A stretch of DNA of 64,000 bases from Raillietiella orientalis (lineage: Eukaryota): NCBI GenBank assembly GCA_036172245.1, contig JAYWIR010000029.1:2170001-2234000 (forward strand). Reading direction: 5' to 3'. This document shows positions 12,306-24,080 of the stretch, piece after piece. Position 1 is the stretch's first letter, and each line of letters opens with the position of its first letter. The translations under genes were made by a program, and so were the position numbers. The notes under the pieces are model-generated. The model ran no database searches. It worked only from the letters and a program-made list of their open reading frames with translations, and was not told the DNA's origin.

Positions 12306-15300
12306 TGTGTAAGGATCGGGCCGCTGAGCGGCTATGTGTGAGTGCACGAAGAGTCCGTGTGTTTGGGCTACACTGGAGATCATTTTTTTTGCCAAGTGCC
12401 TCTTGCCTCCGTCCTCATTGGTGAGCTGTGTGCACCACAGGTGTACCCGTCCTACATTCTCAGTTGCCACGCGGATAATTTCCAGGCGCGTTGTTTGTTT
12501 TCACCGCCTCCGTTGTCTTCCGTTTGTTTGCTTTCATTCTTTGGAAAGAGTGTCCAAGCAAACTGCCAGCCTGCCAAAGACCCACACTTCCTTACCAACT
12601 TTCTTCCGCCTCATGATTCAACGATCTTCTGGAGCAGAATGGAAGCCGCGAAACGGGGAGCATGGCGTTCTTTCTTTGAGACTCGATGAACGCCTGCTTG
12701 CGCGAGCTTGCTGGCGTGGGCGAAACTGGCTTCCTGGGATTTGCACCTAGCCGGTCCTGGCAAATGCAGGATACGCCTCCACGGCGAATGCACGAAGTCC
12801 TGCGATCCTCCAAGTCACTTTGAAAACTCTGCAGCCCCGCAACAGGTTGTCGATTTTCACCTTTTTCTTTGCAGATTTCTTTCTCTCGGAGAACCTCAGA
12901 AACTCGAATTACTGGTGTGGTGCGTGTTCACTTGAATCTTCTATTTCGTTTTGGAGAGAAGGGAGTGCAGTGATTTTGCGACACGCCCAAGAGACCATTT
13001 TCTTTTGCTTGGCGCCGATTTCCTCCTAGAGAAGACATTCGGGAACGGATCCTTTCCAAGTTCCCTTCGGCGAAGAGAGATGAAGTTGACTTGAAGAGTT
13101 ACATACACACCCTCGGGCAGTGTGGACAGTGGTAAGCAGCTTTGTGGGCCCTTGTTTCAGACAACTGGGAGACGGCACTGTTCCAGATGCTTAATAATGT
13201 AAACTTCCGCCCAGTTCACCAAAGAAACTCAGAAGATAAATATGGTCATCATCTAGACCTCTATCCAAAGTCGAGAATCGCACTTTCTACTTGGTGATCT
13301 GGCCGAGCATCCAAACGCGAAGGGCAGTCAGGGGCTGCAAAGAATTCTGCCAGAGAATTGTTTCAGTTGGAGCTGCACTCATCTATTCTAAAGTGCTTTC
13401 CCTCAATTCCTCAAGATGGTTTACTCTATATGGGATCATCCAAAATATCCTGAATGTTGATTCACGCCTAGTAGGAGAAGAATTCACGCCAAATTCGTAG
13501 GAGGCATTCATGAGATTGTTCTATCTCATTCTCTTTTTGTTCCCTCCTCCTCTTCCGAATCGAGATCCCGGAAGACACTGCAAAAGGGAGAGCAGTCCTA
13601 CTGTAGGGAGAATGGATGGATCAGAAGTTTGTGAGGAGGCTGGAAGCCGTCGGAGCAACTCTAAGAATGAAATTTCCACCAGGAGGAAGTCTCTCTGGAC
13701 GCATGCAGGTCTCCCTATCTTCCTTTCAGGCAGTCTCCTTGGCTTCGTCATGCTTCGTCGGACTGGTTGCTGCGCTTTCAAAGTTCCGAGAAGGAAACAC
13801 TGGAACCCGCAGCAGTCATTGGACACCGAGAGACCTGAAGGTGAAGTGTTTCCGAAACACCCTGTGAATTTTTTCATGATGACTGAATGGTGGGAAGGAA
13901 GATGCAGAGAGTGCTGTTTCCTTTCAGAAAGGGAAGAAGTAGTTGGCCAACATTGGCCTGAATACAAAAGCGAGAGTATCCGATCTCTAGGGGAAAGGGA
14001 AACCTTTGAGACCAATGGAAAGGAGACTGATCCTTCCGTGAGATCATTCCGGGAAGCTCTAGGGACACGATTGAAGCTTTGCCGTCTACTGCGACCTCGG
14101 AGGAGTACTTCGAATTTCGGAAGCGTCCGTAGAAAAGACGTGGTTCACCCCCGCGTTTCAAGCAGAGCTGACGGAAGAGATGATCTTCAAATGAGTTCCA
14201 AGAGTGTCTGGCGCGCATTTGCATGATATTTGAGCAAAAGGGGACAGCAAGACGGGGACGGAGATCCAGTTTGCCGAGGGGAATGAAGATACTGAGGTGC
14301 TCATGGTGTCTGGATTTGTTGCGGTAGATGATAGGCAAAGACAGCTGATTCTCGTCTTGGAGCAGCAATCCCTCCTCACTCACTCAGCTGCAGGGAAACC
14401 AGAGATTTCATAACGGAGGCCTCAGGAAACCCAGTCCGCTAGAGTGGACAGGAATGGCACTTGGCTCACACTCGAAACATCTGTCATGGGTGGATGTTGG
14501 GCTTCTACCCCTAGAATTCTGGTTATGGAATCCTCCCTTCTTCCCAGGCGTGGGTTACGCAATCTTTTCGTTTGATCCCGCTGCTGTGGTGACAATCATC
14601 TGAGCAGGTGTTCTGAGACGCAGACCGATCCAGTAATGGTTCGATGCTGTTCACTTTCGGCTATCATTTCACGAGAAAGAGGGTGCAACCTTTCAGTCCT
14701 TTCCACAAAGACAGAGTAAGATGTACCCTCAACTTTGAAGTGCCATTGCTGCAGACGCATCCGACAAACAAAAGATTTCTGTGGATTCTGCTTCGTTCCT
14801 TCCAAAAGTAAAGAATTCGGCGACAAGTCGGCATCTCTCTGAGCAAGATGTTGACGGAGGTCACTGTTGCTGCTGAAGATACAGTAACGAATGCTTCTTG
14901 CACCGGTTTAGTTTGAGTAGCCAGATATCATGCCAAGAAAAACTGCAAGGAGGATCACGATTCACCGAAAAGAGAACAAGTAGAAAGTAAAAGAAAAGAC
15001 TGTATGCCTAATTCTGGCAAATCGGGCTGTGAAGGGTTGAAGGTGCAACCTCGGTGCTGTGATCCCGAATGCTATATGATCACGAGCTGGAAAGTGGACC
15101 ATTGCAGATCTTGAATCAACGAAAGTCTCTTCAAGCTGCTTACCACGAATGCAGATCAAGGAGTTCAAAAGAAGCCCAGGACCAGTCCTCAAATGGCCTC
15201 TTCACCATCGCGGTGAGCAGCAGAAAAGGCACAGAATCGGGACTCTGAAACCCGTCATCTTTACCCCCATTGGACTGTAGAAGTAGCTTCCCTCGACTTG

Positions 15301-17730
15301 CCTTTACTTGTGGTGCCATCTCTCGTTGGACTCAACTCAATCTCTGAAGAAGACCCAGTTTCTCTATCGGAAGAAAGAGTGACCTATTGTTTGGTTCCTG
15401 ACCAGCTTGCCAGCTGTCTGCTCCCTTCCTGGTCGTAGATGGACTTCATTTGCACAAGGAAAGAGGAGAGAGAAAGATTGAATTCGATAATCCTGTGGCC
15501 TCAAAAGTTTCAGCGCTGCCTTCACAGAATAAGACTGCAGAGGACGCGAAGCAGCGACTTTTCCTGAAGGTACGGGATCAAACTGCCCCATTTTGAACCC
15601 CTTCTGTTGGAACTATGGAGCTCGGCGTTCACCTTCAGGAAGGTACGTGATGCTCTCTGCTCAATTAGGAGGCCGTCCACAGACCTCTCTCAAAGTATGC
15701 CTCAAGATTCAACCTTGAGTCTGCTGCCTCCGGACCAGGTTCGGATTCCCGCAAGCGAGGAGCCAAGCGATACCGCCTCAGAGTCCGGACACGTGCTGGT
15801 CGCTTTTTCCACGCATGAATACTCCTTCCTTGCTGCTCCCGGTCTTTCCCTCTCAAGAATGCGGGCAGTTGCGCGCCCTTACGACGTCTCGGAAAGTCTT
15901 CACGGACTCGATGGCGGACACCATCGTGAGAGAGCACTGTTCCTGGATCGCATCTCGCCATCCGGTCTCTTCCTAACGGCGAGGCGGCGGTGGTTGCGAA
16001 GGCGATCTCAGCAAGTGGTTCTTGAGAAAGGCTGCAGTGGAAGGTTGCTTCTACGGACGACTAACCATGGTCGCGTCCTCGAAAGCTTCGCGGGGCGACG
16101 GCCATCCCTAGCATCCACGAGAATGGCTCCTTTGCGGAATTCGGCGGGCTCCATGGCACCCGGAGCGTCTTGGAGACCTGGAGGCTTCTGCCTGCTCTTT
16201 GAAGATGGTTCGGCGATGCTTCCGCGGTAATGAGGCAGGAAAGCAACGAAACGGGACGCATCCTTTTTTTCCCCCCCATATTCCCGAAGGAGCCTGCGTG
16301 GAAGCAAAGCAGCGTGGAGCACGAGCGGGCTAGGGATTGGTGGTGGTGCCTCCACACCGTGCGACAGCGGCAGATAGGGAAGGGACGAGACAGCTCGTTC
16401 CCCTAACCGGGTAAAGTCCCCGAACCGTCCAAGGGACTGGATTGTCCCTCGCTGCCGGGGAGCCTCAAGAAAGATCCGCGGCCGGAAGAAGAATTCCTTC
16501 TTTCCCCGCCGCTCACGCGAGATGCCCAGGGCATCGTTCTCGGGCGAATGGCGGCGAAGTCGCGCTCTCTCCCGAATCGCTGGGAAGTCTCCGAGCTGTG
16601 TGCGAGGGCGATCTCTTCGGGCACACCTCGGGATGAGCTCCCTCAGCACACGCGCGTGCCGAGCATCGTCGTCGCCGACCAGACGGCTACCTCTGGCGGA
16701 GCACGGGAGAGGGGAGGGGGAAAGAGAAACGCTCCGCACGCAGCGGGAGGATGCAGACGATCCTGCCAGCAGCGTCCCTAACCTTATCCCATCTCTAACT
16801 TCCTCCTTCTCTTCGCGGAGAGCTAGGGCGTCTTGCTGCCACGCGAGTCCGCCTCCTTCGCGCCGATCCGCGAGAGCTCTCTCGGCTCCCGGGGGTGAAG
16901 CTCCTCCGGAGAAGGGTCCCCAAGCTTCCCCATCCCGAGCTTCCCGGGAAGAGAGGAGGGGAGGGAAAAGCCCTTCGGCGCCTTACCTTGCCCCCTGGAA
17001 GGAAGGCGCTCGCGGAGTTCTCTGCTCCACGACTTTCCCTATCGACTCCAGAGGCGGGCGGCGGAGGACGGACTTTCTCCTTGCGCTCCTCCCCGCAGCC
17101 GAGGATCAACGGTCCGCTCACGGGCAGCGGGAGTTTCCTGCGGGCGCTGCCTCGACGGGTCGAAATTTTCAGAGTCACCTCCGCTGGTGCAGGGGTGGGG
17201 ATGAGGAACGAAGGAAGGGAAAAAGGGGGTAGCATCGGAGGGCAAGGGGGAAGCGGGGGGTACTGCGGTGGCCCCGCGCCTCACGGAAGGACCCCTTACG
17301 GGGTCCTTCCGTGAGGTTTGCTCCCGCCGGCGGAGAGGCGCGCGCTCCCTCGGCAAGCAGGCGAACCGAGATAAGAAGAGGACTCGCACGCACGCACGTG
17401 CGCGCGCGCGCAAGTGCCCCCGTGTGTACCGGTACTGCTCGGCGCTGCGCAACTCCGCGGCCTGGCATCGTCGACTGGTGCTGCCGTCGTTATGAGACGC
17501 TGCCCGAGGACTTCTCCGGAAGGTTTCCTGAGCTTTTCCTGGAACGGCGGATCAGCAGCAGCCGAGGGAGACATCGAAGGTCAGTTGGTCGGGAGGGGCC
17601 GTCTCTGCAGAGGCCCGCTGTGAGTGCGGAGAAGAAGGGAGGCGCGGGAGAGGGGAACCTGGAGCGGTTGCAGGGAGGGAGGAGGAAAGGGGTAAGGGGG
17701 GTGGGGCGGGGAGATAGCAGGAAGTGCCAG

Positions 17731-17757
17731 TAACTGACCCGCCGCTTCCTATTTCAG
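17731..17757 (+). promoter_or_regulatory. Branch point and 3' splice acceptor just upstream of the paralog 1 ATG
   Basis: TAACTGAC...CTTCCTATTTCAG|C-ATG. A candidate donor GTGAGT lies at 17620. Confidence 0.6.
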
Positions 17758-17758
17758 C

Positions 17759-18112
17759 ATGGTGGACTCCTACTCTGCCCTGCTGCTCGCGGTCTTCCTC
17801 TTTCCGGTGCTCCAACGAAGCGGCTGGGCGCGCGGGTCCTTCAGGTGGCAGGCCGTCCCGGCCGACCTCGACGCCCGAGAACGCTCGTGGGAGTTGAAGG
17901 ATAGCGCCCGGGTCCAGCTGATGCTCGGATACAAGAGTCTGGGGGACCTGGTGGCCGCCTACCTGATGCTTCTCATGCGGAAAAACAATGTCTCCCAAGA
18001 GACGGAGAGGTCAGATCCGGACAGGACGACCCCCTACGGGCACCGTGGGATGCAGACGAGACGCAAGGTCCTGATGGCCAAGGGTCCCGGCTTCGTCGGG
18101 GTGCGAGGATAG
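17759..18112 (+). CDS. Putative secreted tachykinin-related peptide precursor, single C-terminal FxGxR-amide copy (paralog 1), 117 aa
   Basis: Hydrophobic N-terminus (ALLLAVFLFPVL..GWA). C-terminus is TRRK-VLMAKGPGFVGVR-G-stop, i.e. the FxGxR motif plus an amide-donor Gly. Shares LGDLxAxYLxxLM..NN.S with 40794-41129. Preceded by TAACTGAC and TTCCTATTTCAG (acceptor ends 17757). AATAAA at 18273. Confidence 0.75.
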   Translation: MVDSYSALLLAVFLFPVLQRSGWARGSFRWQAVPADLDARERSWELKDSARVQLMLGYKSLGDLVAAYLMLLMRKNNVSQETERSDPDRTTPYGHRGMQTRRKVLMAKGPGFVGVRG

Positions 18113-18272
18113 CGCCCCATCCCTTCCTCCTCCTTTTCTTCTTCCTCCTCCTCCTCCCGCGCGGATTCGGGAGGAGACGCCGCGCCCCACTGTCCGGAGG
18201 GACAAGCGGAAGGAGGGCTGCACACGGAGCAAAGCTCGGCAGCGCGGAGAGCAGATCCATGGATCCGTAATC

Positions 18273-18278
18273 AATAAA
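18273..18278 (+). terminator. Candidate polyadenylation signal of paralog 1
   Basis: AATAAA about 160 nt after the stop codon. Confidence 0.5.
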
Positions 18279-21200
18279 TTTGTTGCATGCGGTTTTCCGG
18301 GGCCTCCTTGAGAAGAAGGAAAGGGGTAAGAGAGGCGGGAAGAGGGAAGAAGGAAACACTCGGGGCGAGGCAGGTGGATAGGGAATCTTCTTCCCGCGGT
18401 GGGAACGGGGAGAGAGAGAGGGTCACCTCCGCTGGTGAAGGGATGAGCGGAGAACGGAATAGAGAAGGGGTCACGGAGGAGGAGGAAGATGGAGAGGGTG
18501 GGATCTCCCGGACAGGGGAGAGGGGCAAGCCTTCCTAATCTCATGGGAGAGCGAGGTGCTGCCACTCTCTGCAGCGCGGCGCCCCCTTTCGATGCACTTC
18601 ACCTTCGGAATCATCTCCGCTGATCCAGAGATAATGATGAGGAGGATCGGAGGTCAAAAGGGGTCCAGTCTTTAGGGGTAATTCTCCCCTGCTCTTCGGG
18701 GGCTTGCAGGCTGCATCCCCGCTCCTTACTCCGGGAGATGCGGATCTTCCTCTGCACGGAGCAGGTGTGGGCTGCGGACGATGGTGGGAGCTTTCCGGGA
18801 AGGGGATGCGCGTGCAGTCCGCTCCTCTTCGTGGCAGAGCTTCCTGCCTCCGACACCAGGAGGCATCAGAAGCGGGGCGCCGCTCCGCAGGGCGAAGGCA
18901 GTCCCTGTTCGTGCAGCAGCAGCAGCTCCTTCGCGGTGCCGCCTTGAGCGAAGCGGAAAGAACCTTCGGGGGGCTGTCGCGGCAACAGGGATCCATCCGT
19001 CCATCCTCTGCTGATGCCGTTGCATGGAACAAGAATCCTCTCCCTGAGGGGGCAGGAGAAGGAGGAGGGGGGTTCGGAGCTCTCCATCCCCCGTCCACCC
19101 TGCAGGACGGTTTCAAAAAGAAAAAGAGGGGGAGAAAAGGAGAGTGAGGGAGGGAGTGGAGGGAAGAATTCGGAGAGCTTCTGTTCCCAAAATCGGGAAC
19201 GGGAAGGCGCCGTTCGAATGGAAGCGACGATCCTCCTGAAGGAATTCCTCCCCGGTCTTTTGGGGGCTCTGCCCGCGCGACCCACAGAGTCAGAGGTTCC
19301 CCAAGGTATCCAAAGGCCAATCCGAGAGGGAACTGCGGTCCACTCTCCCTTCTTCGACCCCGAGACTCCAGGGGACTGTGGGTGGTCGTGGAGGAGACCG
19401 ACCGGACTCGGGGTCACCTGTCCAGAACGACTGGAGTGATTCCAGAAGGTCACTTGGTCGATGCCTTCCGGGGAGAGCGTCGCTTCCTGCATGGTCGTCC
19501 CTGGAGGCGAAGGAGGGCTTTCCAGAGGACCTTCAGGGCGAGGAGCGGTCTGAAAGAAGCGGAAAGGAGCGGCAGGTTCCCAAGACGAGGAGACGCTGAT
19601 GTGGCTGGGGTATGCAGAAGCCAAGAAAAGGGAGGCGACCCTTCCGACCCCGCCCGCTGGCCCTCTGCCCCAGCTGGAGCTTCTTCCCTGATGGCGTCGC
19701 AGAGGACCTCTTCCGGGATCCTCTCGGCTTGGAAGACACGCTACAGATTCCCCTGCTGGGTGGCGGGGATCGAGGGGAAGCCGGGACAGGCGTCAGGAAA
19801 CTTTCCGGGAAGGAGAGGTTTTCCAGGAGGAAGGAGGGGGGAGGGCATTTGATTGCCCGCGTATCGAACCACGCCGTCATCCGAGCGCTGGTTCGCTCGA
19901 AGATGAAGTGCGACCGTCCGTTCCCGAAAGATGCGAGGCCTCCGACCAGTCCTCCGGGTCTCTCTCGACTCTTCAGGCAAGGGAGGAACTTCCGGTTTCT
20001 CCCTCCCCTGGATAGGTCGCTGGCAGCTAGCGCCATGAACCCCCGAAGGGGAGATGTGCAGTCCCGCTTACCCTTGCGCGCGCGCCCGTCCTTCCACAGG
20101 GCTTCCTCATCCCTAGCTCATTTGAGGAGTGACACAGCTGATAGGGTGACACACCTTGCTTCTGCTTCACCTAGGCTTCCCCTCCTCCCTCCCCCTTTCC
20201 GTAACGTAGGAGTCTTCGCTGGGTCTACTCTTCAGCCTTAAAGAATAGGCCGTGCTGGTGCCCGCTCGCTACCCGAGGCAACCACGTCCCAGCAGAGGAG
20301 GAACGCATGCCGATGGAGCCAGAAGATGGAGTTGGTCGAAGATAGGTGGTTTTCGGTTTCCGAGGAGAATCTCCGCATGAACATGCGCCGACACTCTCAG
20401 CTGACAAGGGACAGCAGCGCTCACCATTCTTGACCAACTCCCTTCATCCCTCTCAGCCCTGAACCGGCAAATCTTTGAGGCCCCGTCACGGGAGGGTGCG
20501 CTTTGGGGAGCGAAGACGATGCCGGTGTGGCCAACTCGCTTGGGTGTACCGCACAGCAGCATCTCATCTCAGATGAGATGAACTGGAGATGCAGGAAATC
20601 TCCCTTCCGTCCCCTCTAGAAGAGCGAGTGCATTCCAGGACTCCAGGGGATAGTCCCGGTTCCGAGAAGGGCTTGCGGGGCACTCCTAAAGAAACGGGTT
20701 CCGGCCGTCTTCTCAGGCATCTTCCCGTTCGCTTAGAGGGTCGATCGAGAGATGACCTTGCCAGCGCAATATTCCACAAGTTGCTGTTTCTCCTGTGTCT
20801 GCCCGCTCTGAACGCTCGAGAAAGGGAAAAATGAGAGGGGCATATTTGTAGAGCATCTCCTTGCCACGCTGACCCTTTTTCCCGGTTCTCCTTTCTCACT
20901 CTTCCCGGGCACCTCGCCTGCAGTCACGAGCTACCGTTCAGAATATTTTTTGGATTCGTTCCGGCTGCTTCTCTCACCTTGGATGGCAGATGGCAGATCT
21001 GCAACAGCACAAGTACATCCGAGTTCCGATCCCTCTCGACCTCGGAATGCCCTCCCTGTCCTCTTAGTGCCTCCCCCTTCCTACAGCTGTTGCCTGGGGA
21101 AACGGTCCTCGCTCAGTTGGCTTAGTCTATGGGTGAGGTGACGGAAAGATCTGCTGTCCAGAGGGCATCCTTCCGCCAATTTTTCTGCCTCTCGAGCGTC

Positions 21201-22699
21201 CGAAGAAAAAACATTCCCCAGGCGCCGTTTCATGAAGGCTGCCATGGCTTTGGCATCCGAGAAAGAGGAGGGCAAGGAGCGTCGGGATCCAGCATCCGCG
21301 TCTCTTGAAGATTACGAGGACGCAAGCTTTCCGTTGCGCCATCTGCATAGCAAAGTTCGTCTCCTCTTCGCGAGCACCTCTCAGAGAGGAGCGTTGCTCA
21401 ACCTTGGACGTTGTCTGTTGCATCGCCGCCTCTGCCTCGGCGGTCGAGTAGGTGGGAAGCCGAGGCCTGCGCGCCCCATAGGCGGCGGTGCCAGCCTATT
21501 GGGTCAGTACCCTCCTTTGGATGTCCGTCGGGTTGAGATGGACTCCAGGTGAAGAGCGAGGAAGCATCGAGGTCGCCTTACGTCCTCTCCACAGGACACA
21601 CCTAGGAGGAAACCCCATTATTCCTGACATGTCGGAGAGGACTTCTTCCGGCCTAAGAATTGTGGACTGTGCGTACTGCCCCCGACACGGTTCCAGCTCA
21701 CAGTGAGAGGGCGCTCACTCTTGGGAGGATGCCTTAACGACCAGCGCTTGGCTGACTACGTCAAAGATGTGACCGCAGCTCTCCTCGAAAGCGGACGTTT
21801 TGGAATTCGTGAGGACGACAGCGTCATGGAGAAGGTCCTCCAGCGGCTGCGGGTTCCTCGGTGGGTGAAAGCGCGGAAGGGATTGTCCTGGGTTGTGACT
21901 GAGATTAGTCCGAACCTATTCTGGAAGTAAGTATTCCGAGCGGATCGACCGGAGTCCATAGAGCAGCTTCTTCGCCCACGGAGGAGAAGATGCAAAAAGG
22001 GAAAGGGTTGCGCGATTCTTCCACTCCACACGAGTGGAAGAATCGCGCTCTTTTTTTTTTTTTTTTTTCTTTAGAAAAGCCGTTGCCATGCAAAACGGAA
22101 CGGAGAGCCGAAGGCCTTGCCTTCGTTCCATCCCGGAATTCAACTCGCTTTCCACCTTTATTTCGAATGTGCTCACTCTCACACCAATAAACGGCCATCT
22201 TGAGAAACGCAGCAATGGACCCTGAATTCCAAAGAAGGAACTTCACTCTCTCAAAGTCACGCTAAAGCCAACCTGCGCGTGCTGATCAGGCACTTCCGCG
22301 AGAAACGGAGTCGCCGATGGAGTTTCGCCAACTCTGAGCCTGCCATCTTGAGGGGAAACGGAGAGACTGAAAGTCAGAGTGAGGAGGTGCCCATCGCAAT
22401 GCAGTGGCTGCTAGCCCAAACTAGTGAGGCTGTCAAAGTCTCGGTCCGTTGTACTCTGGAAGCTTGTAGACCGCAGGCCAATGTGATCACCAAGACCGCC
22501 TGAAGCAGCGATGGCTTATCTGACTAGCCTGAAGGTGGCTGGTCTGCTCTGTTCTAGCGGTGAACCTCCCGCTCAGCGAGTGTTTTGGTTGGTCATCACC
22601 GTAGACAGTGTGGCAAATGAGCGTGGTGTTCAAAGTCATAACGTTCAGGTCACAACGGACATCTTTAGCACCTCGTGCTGGAGGCACTGACTCCTTTCG

Positions 22700-24080
22700 A
22701 TCTTTCTCAGGTCGTCTCGGACAGAGTTGGAGGACGTGTGGCTATGGCTTCCGAGAGTGGCACCAGGCATTGCGGGTTCGCATCCCCACGTGGAAGATCG
22801 ACGCCGAGAACTGGGAGTGCGCCGTGGATTTCGAGTCTAACCTGCAGGATGACTCTGGTTGGACCACGAGCTCCGAGTGCAGCACTAGTGGAATCCAGAA
22901 CTCTCCTTGATTCACAGAATCTCAAAGTTAGCTCCTTAATTCCTGGAATGATCCTCCGACTCCCTTCTAGGAATAGAGGAGCCCGTCCCCTCAGGGGTTT
23001 CCCATAGGTTGTGCAAGTGGAACTGTCTGTTCACATTCGGAGGAGACCTTCCATCTCATACCATGGAGCTGGTTGATACTGCAATCGGGGGTTGCCTCCC
23101 TACAGTGTTAGGATGCTCCCTTCAGCGAGCAGCCCTTCAGAGAAATAGGGAAGCGTAACTTCGGGAATCACTTCAGAAGAGAGAAAAAAGAGCAGCGTCT
23201 CCCATGCCGGGGGTCCCTCTGGAGAAGAATCGAGGAGTGGCCCCCTCCGGTGTGTCCCTAGGGAGAGATGAAGGAAGAGAGGTTTTCCCTTCGGAGTCCC
23301 TTCGGAGACAACCAGGACGAAGCGTTCCCTTCGGGGTTTCCTCCCAGGCGTAAGAGAGGGACGGACTCCTTCCTCCAGAGCCTTCCTGAATTCACAAGGT
23401 GGTCCCCAACTTCAAGTGGAAGGAGTCGGCACCCAGCGCTGAAGAGCAACCGAGCCTTCCCCCTGAAAATTGGGAAAGGTAGGCACTTCTGCTCTTGCAC
23501 TGGAGTCTCCTGTGCTACGTCCGCCGGTCTCACTGGACCCGGGAGAACATGGATCCGGACTTCTGCAGGTGTGGAAAACGGAAATCCCATCTCTCGCACC
23601 GGCTTGTAGACTGTGCTGTCCTCCGGCCCCTGTAGTTGCGTTACTGCAACGGTCCTTAGTGCACCCACGGACAATCCCAGGGACACAATGAAGCGCCTCT
23701 TTGTGAGCGATGCCCTTTCGCCTGCTACAACCCCAGCAGCTCTTTGCTGCTGCCTACGCGGGATCGTGGCGACCTGGAGCTACGCAAGAGGAGGACGGCG
23801 CGATAGGGACGCCATCTGTCTCGCCCTACGCTTCCTGCGGACGGCAGCAAGATGACCCCACCTGGGGCATGCTCGGATGGAACTTGCCGGTACTCTGGAA
23901 AGGATACAGAGGACGCCCTCCAGCGGCCAGCGATCTCTTCCCGTGCCCCCCAGGGTTTTATTTTATTATTGATTTTTGCTTACTTTTATTTGCCCCTCCC
24001 CTCTCCGCTGCCCAGGCGAAGCTCGCTGGCCTGCGTGCCGGTCACTCGGCAAGTTCCGAGCATTTCCGGACAATGTAGGG
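22700..24080 (+). mobile_element. Internally deleted LINE derivative (5'-like segment joined to a 3' end)
   Basis: 22724-22782 matches the 5' region of the 29842-34640 element (34541-34488), and 23688-24080 is a LINE 3' end. No endonuclease or RT sequence lies between them. Confidence 0.6.
23434..24080 (+). repeat. 647-bp direct repeat, copy 2
   Basis: Matches 4391-5037 and stops before the terminal hairpin present after copy 1. Confidence 0.95.

Noticed and set aside
11562..12470. 302-aa ORF, and its 295-aa counterpart at 36785-37672, as protein genes
   Set aside because: Arg/Ala/Pro-rich, with several frames open at once in very GC-rich DNA. The identity between copies reflects the DNA repeat, not protein conservation.
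13140..15600. Host gene, including the 238-aa ORF 13510-14226
   Set aside because: No coherent domain. Faint resemblance to decayed LINE post-RT sequence, too weak to annotate.
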